A stretch of 64,000 nucleotides of DNA from Craspedostauros australis (GCA_030167865.1 JALAGF010005790.1:1-64000); one strand, 5' to 3'; shown: positions 12,105 through 24,978, numbered from the stretch's first letter. Translations and numbers: made by a program. Notes: generated by a model from the letters alone, not told the origin.

Positions 12105-12980
12105 TTATAAATCATTAAAAATTGAACTTTGTAAAATATCTTCTGCTTCAAGGTTAACTAATTCTTTTTTTGTTAAAACTTGACCGCGACTATCAAAAAT
12201 TCTATTTGCTTGGCGCATACGCGCTCGATCAAGAGCATTTTTTACACTACGAGCATTAGCGAATAAAGGTTTTTCTTTTCGTTTTTTAATATATTCAATT
12301 AAAGCTATTTCTGCCTGTACTGTTAACTGATACTGTTGTTCTTCTAGCATAAGTTTTGCAATTTGTAATAACTCTTCTGTTGAATAATCTGGAAAATCTA
12401 TATGATTTGCGATTCGTGAAGATAAACCAGGATTTGATTCGTAAAATTTATCCATAGGTTCTTTATAACCAGCTAAAATAACGACTATATCCTCTCGTTG
12501 ATTCTCCATTACTTGTAATAAAATCTCAATCGCTTCAGAACCATAATCACGTTCATTATCAGGTTTATATAAGTAATAAGCTTCATCAATAAATAAAACT
12601 CCACCCATAGCTTTTTTTAATACTTCTTTTGTCTTAGGAGCCGTATGCCCAATATATTGTCCTACTAAATCATCCCGAGTAACAGTTAATAAATGGCCTT
12701 TTTTAATATAACCTAGTTGGTATAAGATATCCGCCATCTTTAAACCAACAGTAGTTTTTCCAGTACCAGGACTTCCAGTGAATGACATATGTAAACCAGG
12801 ATTAGCAGAAGTAATATTTAACGCCCGTCTCAATTTATCAATTAGTAATAAAGCAGCTATTTCACGAATTCTTGATTTCACAGGAATTAAACCTACTAAC
12901 TCTTCATCTAATAAGTTTAAAATTTTTGATATTTCAGTTTTTTTATACTCTTCTTGTAAATTTATCGGTGTCAAATTCAT
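12105..12980 (-). CDS. cbbX: red-type Rubisco activase CbbX
   Basis: [20 protein letters not shown]. Confidence 0.98.
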   Translation of the reverse strand: MNLTPINLQEEYKKTEISKILNLLDEELVGLIPVKSRIREIAALLLIDKLRRALNITSANPGLHMSFTGSPGTGKTTVGLKMADILYQLGYIKKGHLLTVTRDDLVGQYIGHTAPKTKEVLKKAMGGVLFIDEAYYLYKPDNERDYGSEAIEILLQVMENQREDIVVILAGYKEPMDKFYESNPGLSSRIANHIDFPDYSTEELLQIAKLMLEEQQYQLTVQAEIALIEYIKKRKEKPLFANARSVKNALDRARMRQANRIFDSRGQVLTKKELVNLEAEDILQSSIFNDL

Positions 12981-13073
12981 AAATATTGTAATTATTTGTT
13001 ATGTAAGAATAATATTAAATCTGTTAGATATAACAGATCTAATATTATCATTATACTATATATTAATATAAAA

Positions 13074-13526
13074 TCAGTTAATTGTAAAGGTTGGAATACT
13101 CGATAAACAGATAAAAGCGAAACCGGCACTTCCACTAGCGCCAACAAAAAAACCACCTTTAAATTGATCCCAAGCTTTTTTTGTTTGTAAATTTGTTTGA
13201 GTACTTGATAATTTTTTTTCTCCAAATGTTGCTAAACCATAAATTGTTAAACCAATTGTCAAAATAATAATTAACCCAATTGTAGAAAGAAAACCTGCTA
13301 ATAAAGCCATATCTGAATCTCGTAATGGGCCTAATTTTACAAATGGGCCAATCAAAAAATAACCATGTGCTAAACCTATCTCTAAGCCGCGTAATAAAGG
13401 TGTCAACCCAAGACGATAAGCAGGTAAATTTTGCAAAATGTTACGAGTAATAGTAGACGATGTAATTGGAGTTGCTAAATGACCTACAAAAGGGTCATCA
13501 TTATAAGGTTTAATAAAATTAGCCAT
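13074..13526 (-). CDS. psaL: photosystem I subunit XI
   Basis: [32 protein letters not shown]. Confidence 0.97.
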   Translation of the reverse strand: MANFIKPYNDDPFVGHLATPITSSTITRNILQNLPAYRLGLTPLLRGLEIGLAHGYFLIGPFVKLGPLRDSDMALLAGFLSTIGLIIILTIGLTIYGLATFGEKKLSSTQTNLQTKKAWDQFKGGFFVGASGSAGFAFICLSSIPTFTIN

Positions 13527-13706
13527 AAAATTAATATACAAAGCAGTTAAATTAATAATGAAAGTTTTTATTCAATAAACATAATGGAGTCAAAATTAGT
13601 ATAAAATTTTGACCAACCACAATTTTTATCTAGATTACTATATAATATATATTAATATATATAAAAATTTTTACAAACTTCATTTTAATAAACTACGAAT
13701 AATTTT

Positions 13707-13802
13707 ATGACAGTAGCTATTGATTATTTTTTACTTGTAGGTTTTTGTTTTGCTTTTACATCTGGCTTATTTTTAGGATTAAAATCTATTAAATTAATTT
13801 AA
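13707..13802 (+). CDS. petL: cytochrome b6f subunit 6
   Basis: MTVAIDYFLLVGFCFAFTSGLFLGLKSIKLI. Confidence 0.93.
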   Translation: MTVAIDYFLLVGFCFAFTSGLFLGLKSIKLI

Positions 13803-13827
13803 TAGTATTATTAACTTATTTTAACAC

Positions 13828-14373
13828 ATGAAAGAAAGAATTCGTCATGAGAAAATTATTGGATCCCGACGTTTTAGTAATTATTTTTGGTCCTTATTTT
13901 TATCAGGGGGAGGACTTGGATTTTTATTAGCGGGTCTTTCAAGTTATTGTAAAATAAATTTTTTACCCTTTACAAATCCAACCGAACTGATTTTTATACC
14001 ACAAGGTTTAATAATGATGTTTTACGGAACACTAAGTTTAGGGTTTAGTTTTTATATTATATTTACCATTATTCTAGATATTGGTGGTGGATATAATGAA
14101 TATAATCAGAATGAAAATTTGGTCAAACTTGTTCGTAAAGGTTTTCCAGGAAAAAATCGTAATATTCTTTTAACATATTCTTTAACAAATATAAGATCCA
14201 TCGGGATAAAAATCACGGAAGGATTAAATCCAACACGTTGTATTTACTTATGTTTAAAAGATGAAAGAATTATACCACTTACTCAAGTTCAAGAACCTAC
14301 TTCCATTTCAAACTTAGAGGAAGAGGCTGCAGATTTGGCAAAATTTTTGAACTTAAACTTAGAAAATTTATAA
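13828..14373 (+). CDS. ycf4: PSI assembly protein Ycf4
   Basis: GSRRFSNYFW; FIPQGLIMMFYG. Confidence 0.97.
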   Translation: MKERIRHEKIIGSRRFSNYFWSLFLSGGGLGFLLAGLSSYCKINFLPFTNPTELIFIPQGLIMMFYGTLSLGFSFYIIFTIILDIGGGYNEYNQNENLVKLVRKGFPGKNRNILLTYSLTNIRSIGIKITEGLNPTRCIYLCLKDERIIPLTQVQEPTSISNLEEEAADLAKFLNLNLENL

Positions 14374-14417
14374 TTTTAATTGCTTTTTCTATCTGCATAA
14401 GTCTATAATAGATTTAT

Positions 14418-14488
14418 GCGGACATAGTTTAGTGGTAAAACCTTAGACTTCCAATCTAATGATGGGGGTTCGATTCCCCCTGCCCGCT
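14418..14488 (+). tRNA. trnG: tRNA-Gly(UCC)
   Basis: Anticodon loop CTTCCAA. Confidence 0.95.
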
Positions 14489-14541
14489 ATTATTTTAAAA
14501 TTAGAATGAGCAACAATCATTTTATATAGGAGAATATATTC

Positions 14542-14796
14542 ATGTCTGGTGGATCTACTGGTGAACGTCCGTTTTCTGATATTATTACAAGTGTACGTTA
14601 TTGGATTATTCATAGTATTACTATCCCTTCACTTTTCGTCTCAGGCTGGTTATTTGTAAGTACTGGTTTAGCTTATGATGTATTTGGAACTCCTCGTCCA
14701 AATGAATACTTTACTCAAGATCGTCAACAAATTCCATTAGTAAACGATCGCTTTAGTGCAAAACAAGAATTAGAAGATTTAACTAAAGGTTTATAA
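14542..14796 (+). CDS. psbE: cytochrome b559 alpha
   Basis: [21 protein letters not shown]. Confidence 0.99.
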
Positions 14797-14943
<147 letters not shown>

Positions 14944-14955
14944 TCTAACAACTAA

Positions 14956-15102
<147 letters not shown>

Positions 15103-15128
15103 TTATTTATACTAATAGGAGCTTCTTT

Positions 15129-15248
15129 ATGGCAAATACAGGTCGAATTCCTTTATGGCTAGTGGGTTTAGTTGGTGGTTTAGCAGTTATTACAATGCTT
15201 AGTTTATTCATTTATGGTGCTTACTCTGGATTAGGTTCATCATTATAA
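15129..15248 (+). CDS. psbJ: photosystem II protein J
   Basis: [17 protein letters not shown]...GLGSSL. Confidence 0.98.
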   Translation: MANTGRIPLWLVGLVGGLAVITMLSLFIYGAYSGLGSSL

Positions 15249-15314
15249 TTTGAATATTTTCCTTAAAAGTTTTTAAGGAAAATATTCAAATTATTTTATT
15301 CAACTGTTTTTTCA

Positions 15315-16676
15315 CTATCTAAAAAACTGACGAATTTTTCGGATTACTCTCGAAAATATAATTTGTAGGGTAGTCACAAATAGATTATCTTCTGCAGTTC
15401 CCCTACCAAACCAACCGTACCAAAGTTTTGGAAAAGTATTAGTTACGCTATATGGATTACTATCAATCTCTTGCCATGATGTACAGCCGCCACTATAAAT
15501 ACTAGTTTTAGGCCGTGGACCAATGTGTAATTCAACATTTTTTGTTATAAATGGTAAATAAAAATATTGACCCCAAATTGCGTGAAATAAAGCCAAGATA
15601 ATTAACGTAATATGAGTAATGATAATCATATTAACAAATGTATTTAATAAAGTAATTTGAAATAGAGTATTTTCGTAAGAATATGATGTGATATCTGAAA
15701 GTGATTGATGAGAAGAATTAAGAATTTCCACTGCTGAGGCAATTTCTGAAGAATTTGATGCTGAATTTGATAAAATTAATTGTGGAATTAACACAAATGC
15801 TTCAAAATATTCAGCACGAAAGACAAAATATTCAAGAAATGGTTCAAATAATGAAATTACTAATATAAAAGTCCAATGCCATCTAACTAAATAAGGGCAA
15901 TACCGTTTTCCAATTCTTGTAATTAAAGCATAGGCTGCAATTCCTGAAAGCTGTGACCAAAAATTACTACAAGCTAGAAAAATCCGTGGGAGAATTTGAT
16001 TGTATACTTTGTAATAAATAGGAGTTATAGTTGTTTTTGTAATTCCATCCAAATTTGAAATAGCCATTGAAAGTGGGTCAATATAGGAAGAAAAACCAGT
16101 TTCAGAATTTATATCTATAATACCTTTTATAAAAGCATAATAAATTAAAGATCCTATATCATACCAATGAATATTTGCACCAAAATTTTTATCATTAATA
16201 GCCATTTGGTAATGATATTCACGCAATCGAAGCGCATCTAAACCTAAATTTTCTAAAAATGGTACATTTAGTAATGTATTACGGTACATTGAAAGTAAAT
16301 CGATCAAGTGTCGATACCATAGATAGCCTGCAACAAGTCCAATACCAGTTATGTAAACTGATGTTTTTAAATTATAACGAACGGCAAGAATGATTAACCT
16401 TATAAAAAGAATAAAAAATAAAGAGGTTTCAATATCTGTTAGACTCAATCCCATATTAAGCTTAGCCCATAAATTCCTAAATATTATTTGAAATATCTGT
16501 GGGTCAACATCTTTAGATAGTACATCTAAATTCGTTATAAATTCTGATGTAAAATTCTGTTCATCAAATGAACTTAATGAAGTTTGTTGATCTACTCTTT
16601 TGATACCAAACCAGCTTAAAATCATTTCTTGATCAATTTTGAGTAGCATAAGAAAAAGTTGAGTAAAGTAATACAT
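15315..16676 (-). CDS. ycf90: conserved diatom plastid membrane protein Ycf90
   Basis: RIGKRYCPYLVRWHWT and ELHIGPRPKTSIYSGG; position between psbJ and trnE; start uncertain. Confidence 0.85.
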   Translation of the reverse strand: MYYFTQLFLMLLKIDQEMILSWFGIKRVDQQTSLSSFDEQNFTSEFITNLDVLSKDVDPQIFQIIFRNLWAKLNMGLSLTDIETSLFFILFIRLIILAVRYNLKTSVYITGIGLVAGYLWYRHLIDLLSMYRNTLLNVPFLENLGLDALRLREYHYQMAINDKNFGANIHWYDIGSLIYYAFIKGIIDINSETGFSSYIDPLSMAISNLDGITKTTITPIYYKVYNQILPRIFLACSNFWSQLSGIAAYALITRIGKRYCPYLVRWHWTFILVISLFEPFLEYFVFRAEYFEAFVLIPQLILSNSASNSSEIASAVEILNSSHQSLSDITSYSYENTLFQITLLNTFVNMIIITHITLIILALFHAIWGQYFYLPFITKNVELHIGPRPKTSIYSGGCTSWQEIDSNPYSVTNTFPKLWYGWFGRGTAEDNLFVTTLQIIFSRVIRKIRQFFR

Positions 16677-16836
16677 ATATAATTATCCATTATATTAATA
16701 GGAGTAGTATAAAATAAAATGTAAAGAAATTTTAATAGAAAATAGAAGACCCTCCTTTTTTCTATTAACAATACTATTCTGTTATTTAAAATAGTTATTT
16801 GTCAAGTCTTAGATTTTAATGAGAAAATATTTAATT

Positions 16837-16909
16837 TACCCCCAAGGGAATTCGAATCCCTGTCTGCTCCGTGAAAGGGAGCTGTCCTAGGCCTCTAGAC
16901 GATGGGGGC
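16837..16909 (-). tRNA. trnE: tRNA-Glu(UUC)
   Basis: GCCCCCATCGTCTAGAGGCCTAGGAC...TTC. Confidence 0.96.
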
Positions 16910-16914
16910 AATTA

Positions 16915-16986
16915 AGCGGGCAACGCGATTCGAACGCGCGACATCAACCTTGGCAAGGTTGCGCTCTACCACTGAGCTATGCCCGC
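16915..16986 (-). tRNA. trnG: tRNA-Gly(GCC)
   Basis: Anticodon loop TTGCCAA. Confidence 0.96.
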
Positions 16987-17102
16987 TTAGATAATGTTGT
17001 ATAATCATATACAAAAAACTATATAAAAAAATAAGTTATTTGTCAAGCGTTTAGAGTTAAAATGTGTAAAAATTATAGTATCTACTATAATTTTTACACA
17101 TT

Positions 17103-17288
17103 TTAGATTGCTGATGCAATCCCATCTGCTGCAGCAATTACGATAACTAAACTAACCCATGCTTGAAAAACTCTATTAAAATTAGCTTTTGAATTTTCCC
17201 ATTCACCTGGTGTAGCTAAAGCTACTGGAACTGTTACGATTAAACCTAATGAAATTAAAACTAATAAACCCGTTAAAGCCGTTATCAT
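17103..17288 (-). CDS. psbZ: photosystem II protein Z
   Basis: MITALTGLL...[12 protein letters not shown]. Confidence 0.95.
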   Translation of the reverse strand: MITALTGLLVLISLGLIVTVPVALATPGEWENSKANFNRVFQAWVSLVIVIAAADGIASAI

Positions 17289-17345
17289 AAATATATTTAA
17301 AAATTTTTTATATAAGTTACACAATGTAATCAAATGTTTTTGAAA

Positions 17346-17450
17346 TTAAAGATTACCTTTTTTTAGAGCCAATAAAACAATTACAGCTGGTCCAGATAAC
17401 ATAATAATACCTGTCGCTAATAATTGTCCGATAATTTGCCAATTAATCAT
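17346..17450 (-). CDS. psb30: photosystem II protein Psb30 (Ycf12)
   Basis: [34 protein letters not shown]. Confidence 0.95.
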   Translation of the reverse strand: MINWQIIGQLLATGIIMLSGPAVIVLLALKKGNL

Positions 17451-17640
17451 TTTAAAAATCCTTATCTATTAATTTTGAATAAAATTTAAAGTAATATCAT
17501 AACCAATAATGTTGTATTTAATTTTACTTTAAAAACGTTAAAGTATAATATTATTTTAAGTAAAAAGTGAAATATAAAAAGAAAAAATACTATCTTGATA
17601 ATTTATGATTTCCATGTTATGTTCTATGTCATATGATACA

Positions 17641-17712
17641 GGGCTACTAACTCAATGGTAGAGTATTCGGCTTTTAACCGAAGAGTTCTGGGTTCGAGTC
17701 CCAGGTAGCCCA
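17641..17712 (+). tRNA. trnK: tRNA-Lys(UUU)
   Basis: Anticodon loop CTTTTAA. Confidence 0.96.
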
Positions 17713-17820
17713 ATTTTTCTAATGAGTTAATAGTCATCAAATTGAGCGCTCAAATAAGTTAAACAATATACTGATTATTATCATCCTACTATAAGTAAGA
17801 TGATAATAATGAATTTAATA

Positions 17821-19236
17821 CTAATCAATAGGACGCATAGATAATACAGGTTCGTTAGCACGATTAATACCTTTTTCAAAACCAGCAGCGGCTGCACGGG
17901 CACGACCCGAATGCCACCAATGGCCTATTAAGAAAAAGAATGCTAAGAAGAAGTGTGAACAACATAACCATGAACGTGGTGAAACGTAGTTCACTGAATT
18001 GATTTCAGTAGCAACACCACCTACAGAGTTTAATGAACCTAATGGAGCATGAGTCATATACTCAGCTGCCCGACGTTCTTGCCAAGGTTGGATATCATTT
18101 TTAATTTTGTTAATATCTAAACCGTTTGGACCACGTAATGGTTCAACCCATGGAGCTCGTAAATCCCAAAAACGCATAGTTTCACCACCAAAGATAATCT
18201 CTCCACTAGGTGAACGCATTAAATATTTACCTAAACCAGTAGGACCTTGAGCAGAAGAAACATTCGCTCCTAAACGTTGATCTCTTACTAAGAAAGTAAA
18301 AGCTTGTGATTGCGATGCTTCTGGCCCTGTCGGACCATATAATTCACTAGGATATGCAGTGTTATTATACCAAGAATATAATGAAGCAGTAAAACCCATT
18401 AAAGAAATAGCAGCTAAACTATATGAAAGATAAGCCTCTCCCGACCAAACAAAAGCACGCCGCGCCCAAGCAAATGGTTTTGTGAAGATATGCCATATAC
18501 CGCCAGTAATACATAAAATACCGACCCAAATATGGCCACCAATTACGTCTTCCATATTATTAACAGATACTACCCAGCCATCTCCTCCAAATGGAGAACG
18601 GAATACATAACCAAAAATCACAATAGGATTTAAAGTAGGTGTTGTAATGAAGCGAACATCACCACCACCAGGAGCCCAAGTATCATAAACACCACCTAAA
18701 TACATAGCCTTAATTACTAATAAAAACGCTCCACATCCTAAAAGACATAAATGAATACCTAAAATTGTGGTCATTTTATTTTTATCACGCCAATCATAAC
18801 CAAAAAATGGGAATGATTCTTCTAATGTATCAGGTCCTAATAATGAGTGGTAAATACCCCCAAAACCTAATACTGCAGATGAAATTAAATGAATTACACC
18901 TACGGCAAAATATGGAACAGTTGACGTAATTTCGCCACCTGGACCAATACCATAACCAAGTGTAGCTAAATGTTGCATACAGATAAAACCTTGTTCATAT
19001 AAAGGTTTCTCTGGTACGAAGTGAGAAACTTCAAATAAAATCATTGCACCAGCCCAAAAAACCATTAAACCTGCATGGGCCACGTGTGCACCTAATAGTT
19101 TACCTGATACATTAATCAAACGCGCATTTCCACTCCACCAAGCAAAGCCTGTAGATTCAATATCACGGCCTGCTATACTACTATTAAAGGGCGTTTCCAC
19201 GTGGTAATACCTCCTCAGGGAATACAAAGTTTTCAT
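17821..19236 (-). CDS. psbC: photosystem II CP43
   Basis: [14 protein letters not shown]; overlaps psbD; true start may be GTG at 19200. Confidence 0.98.
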   Translation of the reverse strand: MKTLYSLRRYYHVETPFNSSIAGRDIESTGFAWWSGNARLINVSGKLLGAHVAHAGLMVFWAGAMILFEVSHFVPEKPLYEQGFICMQHLATLGYGIGPGGEITSTVPYFAVGVIHLISSAVLGFGGIYHSLLGPDTLEESFPFFGYDWRDKNKMTTILGIHLCLLGCGAFLLVIKAMYLGGVYDTWAPGGGDVRFITTPTLNPIVIFGYVFRSPFGGDGWVVSVNNMEDVIGGHIWVGILCITGGIWHIFTKPFAWARRAFVWSGEAYLSYSLAAISLMGFTASLYSWYNNTAYPSELYGPTGPEASQSQAFTFLVRDQRLGANVSSAQGPTGLGKYLMRSPSGEIIFGGETMRFWDLRAPWVEPLRGPNGLDINKIKNDIQPWQERRAAEYMTHAPLGSLNSVGGVATEINSVNYVSPRSWLCCSHFFLAFFFLIGHWWHSGRARAAAAGFEKGINRANEPVLSMRPID

Positions 19237-20239
19237 GTGGTTGATCCTGAGCAGCCATCCAAGCACGAATACCTTCGTTTAATAAAATATTTTTTGTATA
19301 GAATGTTTCAAATTCTGGATCTTCAGCTGCGCGTAATTCTTGTGATACAAAATCATATGCACGTAAATTTAACGCTAAACCAACAATCCCAATAGCACTT
19401 GTCCATAAACCTGTTACTGGTACGAATAGCATAAAAAAATGTAACCAACGTTTATTCGAGAAAGCCACCCCAAAAATTTGTGACCAAAAACGATTGGCTG
19501 TTACCATCGAATATGTTTCTTCTGATTGTGTTGGAGTAAATGCACGGAATGTATTCGCTGCATCACCATCCTCAAATAATGTATTTTCAACAGTTGCACC
19601 ATGAATTGCACATAATAAAGCGCCACCCAAAATACCGGCTACACCCATCATATGGAAAGGATTTAATGTCCAATTATGGAAACCTTGTAAGAATAATAAG
19701 AATCGGAAGATTGCTGCGACACCAAAACTTGGAGCAAAGAACCAACTTGCTTGTCCTAATGGATATAATAAAAAAACTGAGACGAATACAGCAATTGGAC
19801 CTGAAAATGCAATAGCGTTATAAGGACGAATACCTACTAGACGTGCAATTTCAAATTGGCGTAAACAAAACCCAATTAATCCAAATGAACCATGTAAGGC
19901 GATGAAAGTCCAAAGACCCCCAATTTGACACCAACGTGTAAAATCACCTTGAGCTTCAGGACCCCATAATAATAATAATGAATGACCCATACTGTTTGCT
20001 GGTGTTGAAACTGCCGCAGTTAAGAAATTACAGCCTTCTAGATACGAACTTGCTAAACCATGCGTATACCACGAGGTAACAAAAGTTGTACCAGTCATCC
20101 AGCCACCAGCTGCTAAATATGCAGTGGGGAATAATAATAAACCTGACCAACCAACGAAAACAAAACGGTCTTTTTTTAACCAATCGTCAATTAAATCAAA
20201 TAAACCACGTTCTTGGTTTTGCCCAATAGCAATGGTCAT
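19184..20239 (-). CDS. psbD: photosystem II D2
   Basis: [26 protein letters not shown]. Confidence 0.99.
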   Translation of the reverse strand: MTIAIGQNQERGLFDLIDDWLKKDRFVFVGWSGLLLFPTAYLAAGGWMTGTTFVTSWYTHGLASSYLEGCNFLTAAVSTPANSMGHSLLLLWGPEAQGDFTRWCQIGGLWTFIALHGSFGLIGFCLRQFEIARLVGIRPYNAIAFSGPIAVFVSVFLLYPLGQASWFFAPSFGVAAIFRFLLFLQGFHNWTLNPFHMMGVAGILGGALLCAIHGATVENTLFEDGDAANTFRAFTPTQSEETYSMVTANRFWSQIFGVAFSNKRWLHFFMLFVPVTGLWTSAIGIVGLALNLRAYDFVSQELRAAEDPEFETFYTKNILLNEGIRAWMAAQDQPHENFVFPEEVLPRGNAL

Positions 20240-20421
20240 ATTCTAATAGTCCTTTAATTTAAGAAATTATCAAGTAAACATTCTTTAGAAAATAGAGTTT
20301 TACTTTAATCTTTACAACCTATAGGTAATATTATACTCAAATAAAATAAAAAATAGTGAAAATAAATAATATTCTTTAGGCTAAAAATATAAAATTTAAT
20401 TTTAACCTAAAATTGAACGAT

Positions 20422-20532
20422 TTAATTTATCTCTTCCATTTGGCTATAAATAAAAAATAAACCCATACTTAACGCTGGAAAAACTAAACCAACTAGAGGA
20501 ACTAAAATTGCAGGTAAAAATGCAGCAGTCAT
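20422..20532 (-). CDS. psaI: photosystem I subunit VIII
   Basis: [27 protein letters not shown]. Confidence 0.95.
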   Translation of the reverse strand: MTAAFLPAILVPLVGLVFPALSMGLFFIYSQMEEIN

Positions 20533-20684
20533 ATTTTTAAACTTTTTACTTTCTAATTATTTAATTTCTATTGTATATAAAACCTATCATAATTAAGCAT
20601 TAATATAAATTACAACTTTAAATACTTTTATGATAAAATTAATATTATTAAATTTACTATTATTTATCTTAGAAACTTTTAATC

Positions 20685-20819
20685 ATGGAAACTTTCTTAT
20701 TATCTCGCTTACCTGAATCATACGTTGTATTTAGTCCAATTGTTGATGTTTTGCCAGTTATTCCTGTATTTTTCTTATTATTAGCTTTTGTATGGCAAGC
20801 AGCTATTGGTTTTAGATAA
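20685..20819 (+). CDS. psbK: photosystem II protein K
   Basis: [36 protein letters not shown]. Confidence 0.97.
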   Translation: METFLLSRLPESYVVFSPIVDVLPVIPVFFLLLAFVWQAAIGFR

Positions 20820-20904
20820 TTAAAATCTTAGAATCTGAATCTATTATGGTATAATAATAAATATATTTAATATTCACATTTATTATTTAAAAAAATATTA
20901 ATCA

Positions 20905-21015
20905 ATGGTAGAACCCTTATTATCAGGAATAGTTTTAGGTATGGTTAGTGTATCGGTATTAGGATTATTCGTCGCAGCTTTTTTACAATATCGTCGTGGT
21001 AATCAAATGAATTAA
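20905..21015 (+). CDS. petG: cytochrome b6f subunit 5
   Basis: [12 protein letters not shown]...QYRRG. Confidence 0.97.
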   Translation: MVEPLLSGIVLGMVSVSVLGLFVAAFLQYRRGNQMN

Positions 21016-21079
21016 CATTTTTAAGTTCTCTCTAAATTTTTTACTATCTAAAAATTTAGAGAGAACTTAAAAATATTGG

Positions 21080-21107
21080 TTGACAATTGTAACTATATTA
21101 TTATACT
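21080..21107 (+). promoter_or_regulatory. sigma70-type promoter upstream of trnT
   Basis: TTGACA-16 bp-TATACT. Confidence 0.55.
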
Positions 21108-21147
21108 GTTGATGTGTATTATGTATCCAATGAATGAATACTTTCGT

Positions 21148-21219
21148 GCTGGTGTAGCTCAATGGTAGAGCAACGGATTTGTAATCCGTAGGTTGGGGGT
21201 TCAAGTCCCTTCACCAGCT
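21148..21219 (+). tRNA. trnT: tRNA-Thr(UGU)
   Basis: Anticodon loop TTTGTAA. Confidence 0.95.
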
Positions 21220-21340
21220 TAATCAATCAGAGAAAACGAGAATTTTACTTTAATTAATAAAAAAATTGAGATGAGCAGTAACAAATTTAGTTTTTAAAAG
21301 TAAAAATGAATATATTTTAATAAAGCTTATAAATATTATA

Positions 21341-21413
21341 TAGACCCAGTAGGAATCGAACCTACATTGGAAACTTAGAAGATTTCTGTCTTAATCCGTT
21401 AGACGATAGGTCC
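21341..21413 (-). tRNA. trnR: tRNA-Arg(UCU)
   Basis: Anticodon loop CTTCTAA. Confidence 0.92.
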
Positions 21414-21427
21414 TTAGAAGAGTAATA

Positions 21428-21499
21428 TGGGTAATACAGGATTTGAACCTGTGACCTTCTGCTTGTAAGGCAGACACTCTACCGCTGAGTTAATTACCC
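21428..21499 (-). tRNA. trnV: tRNA-Val(UAC)
   Basis: Anticodon loop CTTACAA. Confidence 0.95.
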
Positions 21500-21643
21500 A
21501 AATTATACTATCAACATAAAATACTAGTTTAAGATAATATTTTTGTCAATAGTAGAGTATGGATATGTACAGACCATAACATACAAATAAAAAAAAGTTA
21601 ATATTGCCTTTTTTTTATTTGTATGTTATGGTCTATACAAATT

Positions 21644-21725
21644 GGGTCGATGTCCGAGTGGTTAAAGGAGGCGGATTGTAAATCCGCTGCGTAATGCTAC
21701 GTTGGTTCGAATCCAACTCGGCCCA
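21644..21725 (+). tRNA. trnY: tRNA-Tyr(GUA)
   Basis: Anticodon loop TTGTAAA, long variable arm. Confidence 0.96.
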
Positions 21726-21842
21726 ATAATTTAGCTTATGTATGTTCTATTTAATATTCTTAAAAAATATAGAAGAGTGAGAACTCTTTCCGTTTTAAGT
21801 TTCAAAATATTCTTGAAGATTTAGATATTTTTTAAAGAATAA

Positions 21843-22037
21843 TTATAAAGCTGTCATATTTGCAATTATTAAATAAATAAAACCTATAGAAACGAAAAGA
21901 CCTAAAAATAATAAAATACGTAATTTAGGAATTTTAAATAAATTTCTTGCAGGATTTAAAATTACTAAAATTAACCCAATAAGACTGCTAATAAAAAAAC
22001 GGGGATAACGAATGATATTATTCCAAAAGTCGTTCAT
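21843..22037 (-). CDS. ycf33: Ycf33
   Basis: MNDFWNNIIRYPRFFISSLIGL. Confidence 0.93.
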   Translation of the reverse strand: MNDFWNNIIRYPRFFISSLIGLILVILNPARNLFKIPKLRILLFLGLFVSIGFIYLIIANMTAL

Positions 22038-22129
22038 AAAAACTAGAGTGATATTTTTATATTAGTTATACTTTGATTTATTATAAAGTATGGTATAGTC
22101 ATAGTGAAGTACAATACATAAGAAAGAAA

Positions 22130-22202
22130 GGCTCTATAGCTCAGTGGTTAGAGCAGGGGATTCATAAGCCCAAGGTCGTAGGTTCAAATCCAACTAGAGC
22201 CA
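22130..22202 (+). tRNA. trnI: tRNA-Ile(CAU) (probably lysidine-type)
   Basis: CAT anticodon; initiator and elongator Met tRNAs occur elsewhere in the window. Confidence 0.85.
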
Positions 22203-22248
22203 ACTTAATATACTCGTACAAAATTGTAGATGGTAAAAGTTTAGTTGA

Positions 22249-22335
22249 GGAGAAATGGCTGAGTGGTCTAAAGCAATAGATTGCTAATCTATCGTACAAT
22301 TTATTGTACCCAGGGTTCGAATCCCTGTTTCTCCT
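22249..22335 (+). tRNA. trnS: tRNA-Ser(GCU)
   Basis: Anticodon loop TTGCTAA, long variable arm. Confidence 0.95.
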
Positions 22336-22385
22336 TTATCTTAAATTAAAAATATTGGCATGGTTTATGGTTGTCTGATAAATAT

Positions 22386-22459
22386 GGGATTGTAGTTCAA
22401 TTGGTTAGAATGCCGCCCTGTCACGGCGGAGGTTGCGAGTTCGAGTCTCGTCAGTCCCG
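22386..22459 (+). tRNA. trnD: tRNA-Asp(GUC)
   Basis: Anticodon loop CTGTCAC. Confidence 0.96.
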
Positions 22460-22513
22460 GTTTTATAGAAATAATTTAATAATAATATACTGAATATTAT
22501 TATTAAATTATTT

Positions 22514-22642
22514 CTATTCGCCTTGAACTTTTAACAAAGCAAATCCTAATGAAAGGCCAAAAATAGTCATGAAAAAGCAAATAATTGCTGTGTTAACAAT
22601 CTCAGGACTTGCGTAAGGAAATATTTCTTTAATTAATTCCAT
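22514..22642 (-). CDS. petM: cytochrome b6f subunit 7
   Basis: EIVNTAIICFFMTIFGLSLGFALLKVQGE. Confidence 0.93.
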   Translation of the reverse strand: MELIKEIFPYASPEIVNTAIICFFMTIFGLSLGFALLKVQGE

Positions 22643-22681
22643 AAAAATTTTAAGTTTAAATATTATAAGAAGTTTAAATAG

Positions 22682-22771
22682 TTAGAAACCGTTTCGAGCC
22701 CAAACTGTTAATGCTAATGAAAATGTAAACATTGTCATTAAACCAGCCCAACCAAGACTGAGAATATCCAT
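22682..22771 (-). CDS. petN: cytochrome b6f subunit 8
   Basis: [29 protein letters not shown]. Confidence 0.97.
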   Translation of the reverse strand: MDILSLGWAGLMTMFTFSLALTVWARNGF

Positions 22772-22845
22772 AGGTTTATTATTTAATTTATTTTAATAGA
22801 TAATTTAAAAGGGAGATAGATCCTTTTAAATTATTTTTTATAGTA

Positions 22846-23049
22846 TTATACAATACCATTTGCCCAATCTACGTCAACATTTTCAATAATTAATGATGAA
22901 TTATAAATTTGCAAAATAATTAATAAAAATACTAAAAATGCAATCATTACTACCCCCATAATAGGAGTAGTTCCCCAACCTGGAGCAACTTTACCATACT
23001 CAGCATTTAATGGGCGTAAAATTTCACCTAATCTCGTTCGTAATGCCAT
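22846..23049 (-). CDS. psbH: photosystem II protein H
   Basis: [16 protein letters not shown]. Confidence 0.98.
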   Translation of the reverse strand: MALRTRLGEILRPLNAEYGKVAPGWGTTPIMGVVMIAFLVFLLIILQIYNSSLIIENVDVDWANGIV

Positions 23050-23133
23050 AAAAATATTTTATACTTTTAATAAATTAATTTTTCTAATATATGTTATATA
23101 ATATTAAAGAGTTAATTTTAATAAATATATAAC

Positions 23134-23265
23134 ATGGAAACAGCAACTATTATTGGAATTTTTGTATCAAGTTTACTCTTAGGAATTACTATGTATTCTA
23201 TTTACACAGCTTTTGGACCAACCGCGCAAAATTTACGCGATCCGTTCGAAGAACATGAAGATTAA
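23134..23265 (+). CDS. psbN: PsbN
   Basis: [23 protein letters not shown]. Confidence 0.97.
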   Translation: METATIIGIFVSSLLLGITMYSIYTAFGPTAQNLRDPFEEHED

Positions 23266-23298
23266 GAATTTTTCGAAAATAAAACCTAAAAGTAGGTT

Positions 23299-23397
23299 TT
23301 ATTTTCGAAGAATTCTAGGTGTTTCTCTAAAGAATACAGCAAAGAAAATTACCATTAAAGTACCAATAAGCAAAAACGTATAAACTAAAGCTTCCAT
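23299..23397 (-). CDS. psbT: photosystem II protein T
   Basis: [32 protein letters not shown]. Confidence 0.97.
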   Translation of the reverse strand: MEALVYTFLLIGTLMVIFFAVFFRETPRILRK

Positions 23398-23448
23398 TTT
23401 ATTATCCTTTTTTAATTATAAAGTAAATCAGAAACAATTACAAAGATC

Positions 23449-24978
23449 TTAAACAGCACCTTGTTTTTTTGTTGACTTATCACCAAGTTTTTGGAATGCT
23501 CCAAACTCTACTTGTTCTGTTACTTCCGCGCCAATACCTGTAAATACATCACGGAAAATTGTACGACCACCATGCCATAAATGACCGAAGAAGAATAATA
23601 AAGCAAAATTTGCATGTCCAAATGTATACCAACCACGAGGGCTACTACGGAATACACCGTCAGATTCTAAACTTGTACGATCAAACTCGAAAACTTCACC
23701 TAATTGTGCTTTACGCGCAAATTTCTTAACAGTTGGAGCATCTTTAAACGTTTGACCGTTTAATTTCCCACCATAAAAATCTACACTCACTCCTACTTGC
23801 TCAATACTGTATTTAGATTCAGCTCGACGGAATGGAATATCTGCTCGAATAATACCATCCTTATCTACTAAAATAACTGGGAACGTTTCAAAGAAGGCAG
23901 GCATACGGCGAACTGTTAATTCACGACCTTCTTTATCCCGGAAAATTGGATGACCTAACCAAGCTTCAGCAATTCCATCACCTTTATCCATAGGACCTGC
24001 TCGGAATAAACCACCTTTTGCTGGATTATTACCAATATAATCATAAAATGCTAATTTATCTGGAATTCGCGACCAAGCTTGGCTTTCTGATAATCCTTCA
24101 GCAACAGAAACCTCAACTTGTCGTTCAATTTCTTGTTGGAAATAACCGCTATCCCATTGGTAACGTGTAGGACCAAATAATTCAATAGGTGTAGCAGCGG
24201 CACCATACCACATTGTTCCTGATGTTACGAATGCAGCAAAAAATACAGCAGCAATACTACTTGATAAGACTGTCTCAATATTACCCATTCTTAACGCACG
24301 ATATAATCGTTGTGGAGGACGTACTGTTAAATGGAAAATTCCGGCGAAAATACCAAAAACTCCTGCAGCAATATGATGAGCAGCAATTCCACCTGGATTG
24401 AAGGGATTGAAACCATCTGCACCCCAAGCTGGTGTAACTGGTTGAACTTTACCAGTAATACCATAAGCATCTGAGACCCAAATACCAGGTCCAAATAACC
24501 CTGTAACATGGAAAGCACCAAAACCAAAACATGCTAAACCCGATAAAAATAGATGAATCCCGAAAATTTTTGGTAAATCTAAAGCAGGTTCACCAGTTCT
24601 TGGATCACGGAATAATTCTAGATCCCAGTAAACCCAATGCCAAATAGCAGCTAAAAAACACATACCTGATAAAATAATATGTGATAAAGCTACACCTTCA
24701 AAGCTCCAAATACCAGGGTTTGATACACTTTCACCTGTAATACTCCAACCACCCCAAGAATCTGTAATACCTAGGCGTGTCATGAAAGGCATAACAAACA
24801 TACCCTGTCGCCACATTGGATTTAATACAGGATCAGAAGGATCAAAAACTGCTAATTCATATAAAGCCATTGAACCAGCCCAACCAGCTACTAACGCCGT
24901 ATGCATTAAATGGACTGCAATTAATCTCCCAGGATCATTTAAAACAACAGTATGAACACGATACCATGGTAATGCCAT
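23449..24978 (-). CDS. psbB: photosystem II CP47
   Basis: [19 protein letters not shown]. Confidence 0.99.
   Translation of the reverse strand: MALPWYRVHTVVLNDPGRLIAVHLMHTALVAGWAGSMALYELAVFDPSDPVLNPMWRQGMFVMPFMTRLGITDSWGGWSITGESVSNPGIWSFEGVALSHIILSGMCFLAAIWHWVYWDLELFRDPRTGEPALDLPKIFGIHLFLSGLACFGFGAFHVTGLFGPGIWVSDAYGITGKVQPVTPAWGADGFNPFNPGGIAAHHIAAGVFGIFAGIFHLTVRPPQRLYRALRMGNIETVLSSSIAAVFFAAFVTSGTMWYGAAATPIELFGPTRYQWDSGYFQQEIERQVEVSVAEGLSESQAWSRIPDKLAFYDYIGNNPAKGGLFRAGPMDKGDGIAEAWLGHPIFRDKEGRELTVRRMPAFFETFPVILVDKDGIIRADIPFRRAESKYSIEQVGVSVDFYGGKLNGQTFKDAPTVKKFARKAQLGEVFEFDRTSLESDGVFRSSPRGWYTFGHANFALLFFFGHLWHGGRTIFRDVFTGIGAEVTEQVEFGAFQKLGDKSTKKQGAV

Noticed and set aside
19184..19266. psbD/psbC overlap
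   Set aside because: Conserved feature of this operon
22073..22279. 68-aa ORF
   Set aside because: Overlaps trnI and trnS
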